The position numbers were made by a program, and so were the translations under genes. From Selaginella moellendorffii (taxonomy: Eukaryota; Plantae; Lycopodiophyta), in the NCBI RefSeq assembly GCF_000143415.4, contig NW_003314267.1:124001-188000 (forward strand): a stretch of 64,000 bases of DNA, in the 5' to 3' direction. The notes beneath the pieces are model-generated. The model was given only the letters and a program-made list of their open reading frames with translations. It searched no databases and was not told where the DNA came from. Below are positions 62,284 through 64,000 of this stretch, piece after piece; position 1 is the first letter of the stretch; every line of letters begins with the position of its first letter.

Positions 62284-62427
62284 GCTCAGACCTGGCCATA
62301 AAAAAGGCATTGAAGCAGCTCTATGTGATCAACTGGTAAAAGATTGATCGATGAGAAAACAGCCAACATTGTCGAGGAGACTTTGAGTTCCGGTAACCAA
62401 TCACACCATTCTCAAAGATATGTGGTT
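62284..62427 (+). pseudogene. Fragment of SDH5 exon 2
   Basis: ggccataaaaaaggcattgaagcagctcta...atcacaccattctcaaagata matches 41821-41967 with indels and a stop. Confidence 0.88.
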
Positions 62428-62614
62428 CTCGGCCCATCTCATATGACATCAACAGGTGATTGCTTACAGCAAAAGATGGTCAGTCAAATTCATTTTCACA
62501 AAGCTTACTTCTGTGCTAGAAAGCACCATCTGCTTGATAATTGCTCTGAAACAGAACCATTAGTATTGATATAGCATTTAAAGAAAGAAAGAAGGAAAAA
62601 CAAAAGCTTTAAGC

Positions 62615-62900
62615 TTATCTCAATTAATCCACCTGCCTATCTATTCCTATATAATAAGCACTCATGGTGTTATGGGGCATTGCAAATTGTCCCTGAAGGG
62701 CAAAGTTTTTTGTAATGTATTGCTTTAGTTTTTGGGATTATGCTTTTATTTCTTGATTCTTTGTTCTTTAGATTTAGATTTCTTGTGTTTTTTGCCAGAT
62801 TTAGGATTGTATCTATCAAATTTACTTTCCTTTAACCTTCTTTACATTATCTTTCATCTTTGATCAGGAGTGTATCATTGGAGGTTGCATATATTACTTT
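62615..62900 (+). mobile_element. Fragment of the LTR end and leader of the type-A element family
   Basis: aagggcaaagtttttt...ttgggatt.tgctttt matches 13225-13340. Confidence 0.6.
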
Positions 62901-63576
62901 GTTGTCTTCATTTGGCATTAATGAGCTTTTGGTGCTGTTAGACATGCAGTTAAGAGATGATTTTTTTTAAATTTTTATTATTATCTAAAATACTCCTACA
63001 AATGGAATTTGTTTTATATACCCGACTGATCTTCTAGCAAGACTATGGTATTCCTTTGGCAAACGCAGAAAGACAAAAGTAAAACAAAAGTAAATTAGGG
63101 TAATAGTAGTACATTAAATGCTAATAAAACGATTATTATCACAAATAGATAGAAAAAGAAATGATTATCCTTCTAAAAATGAGAATCTATTTGTTATTCA
63201 ATTTGATAGATTTCAAGTTCTATTAACTTTTCAACGAATGGAAGGTATGTTCATGAGGATATAATTCAAACTTATTAGTTAAAGAAGAATGGTTAAGTTT
63301 AGGATTAAGAAATATTTATAATTCATACCAAGAAGTTATGTTAAATTCAGGTCTACTAGTTGTAGAATTACAATATGTATATATATCAGTTTGAATATAT
63401 TATTATTATTCTAAGGCAGTATAATAGAGATTTAACTTCTTTTATTTATGCTATTAATAAATATAACTCAATTGAGTATTGTGAAACTAAATTAACTATG
63501 CTGGATTTAGAAATATTTTCTTACATCCTATTGTGAGTGCATGGAATATAGAAAGGGAATACAGAAATGTGCATAT

Positions 63577-64000
63577 TGTGAGACACAAAATCCCTAGGCC
63601 CCAAAGTGGAGCCGGAAGGGTGCCACATGGTAGTGGTTGAAGCGAAAGTTAAACGAGCATAACATGTTTGGACTAAAAGCTCTGACTCGAAAGGTCGAGA
63701 GTGGGAGTGGAACTCCCAACAAAGTGCTCGAGGAATAAGCACGAAGCGAGCAATAAGTGAGGCTCTAAAAAGGGACCCAAAAGGACCAACACATGACACG
63801 TGGAAGAGTCCGAGATGGAGTCCAAGGTGGAGTCCGAGGTGGAGTCCGAGATGGAGTCCGAGACGGAGTCCGAAGTGGAGTCCGAGATGGACCGAGATGG
63901 AGTCCGAGGTGGAGTCCGAGATGGAGTCCGAGATGGAGTCCGAAGTGGAGTCCGAGATGGACTGAGACAAAGTCTAAGATGGAATCCAAGATGGACCGAG
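63577..64000 (+). mobile_element. W-family LTR in the opposite orientation, truncated by the window end, abutting a type-B LTR remnant (63532-63576)
   Basis: Starts TGTGAGACACAAAATCCCTAGGCCCC, the reverse complement of the end of W at 27092. The preceding 45 bp are the reverse complement of the type-B LTR 3' end. Confidence 0.9.

Overview
Compact land-plant genomic DNA with 50-70 nt introns, an SS-rich PLS-type PPR gene and a Tcn1-like chromovirus. This is most consistent with a lycophyte such as Selaginella (inference). The left gene block (1-11 kb) holds a divergent AUX1/LAX-like carrier, orphan ORFs, an APO-domain gene, an HMA5-like Cu P1B-ATPase and a PLS-E PPR. The middle (13-40.2 kb) is a nested pile of Ty3/Gypsy LTR elements that also records a ~2.85 kb inversion which swapped the 3' ends of two elements. 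The right gene block (40.4-52 kb) holds a cyclase/kynurenine-formamidase-like gene, SDH5, a MUS/MUL-like LRR-RLK, a plastid DnaJ-A and a PPR596-like gene. The most notable observation is at 56504-61032 (-): an apparently intact 13-exon, ~1298-aa orphan single-pass membrane protein gene. It is built from tandemly duplicated exon cassettes (A-B-C-D)x2, A-B-D, A, and all 12 introns are phase 1. Scrambled DNA-level copies of local genes also occur, two of them with an internal micro-inversion: cyclase at 11.0 kb, and HMA5 plus SDH5 at 61.9-62.4 kb. All exon models were spliced by hand from GT-AG signals, and no database search was possible.
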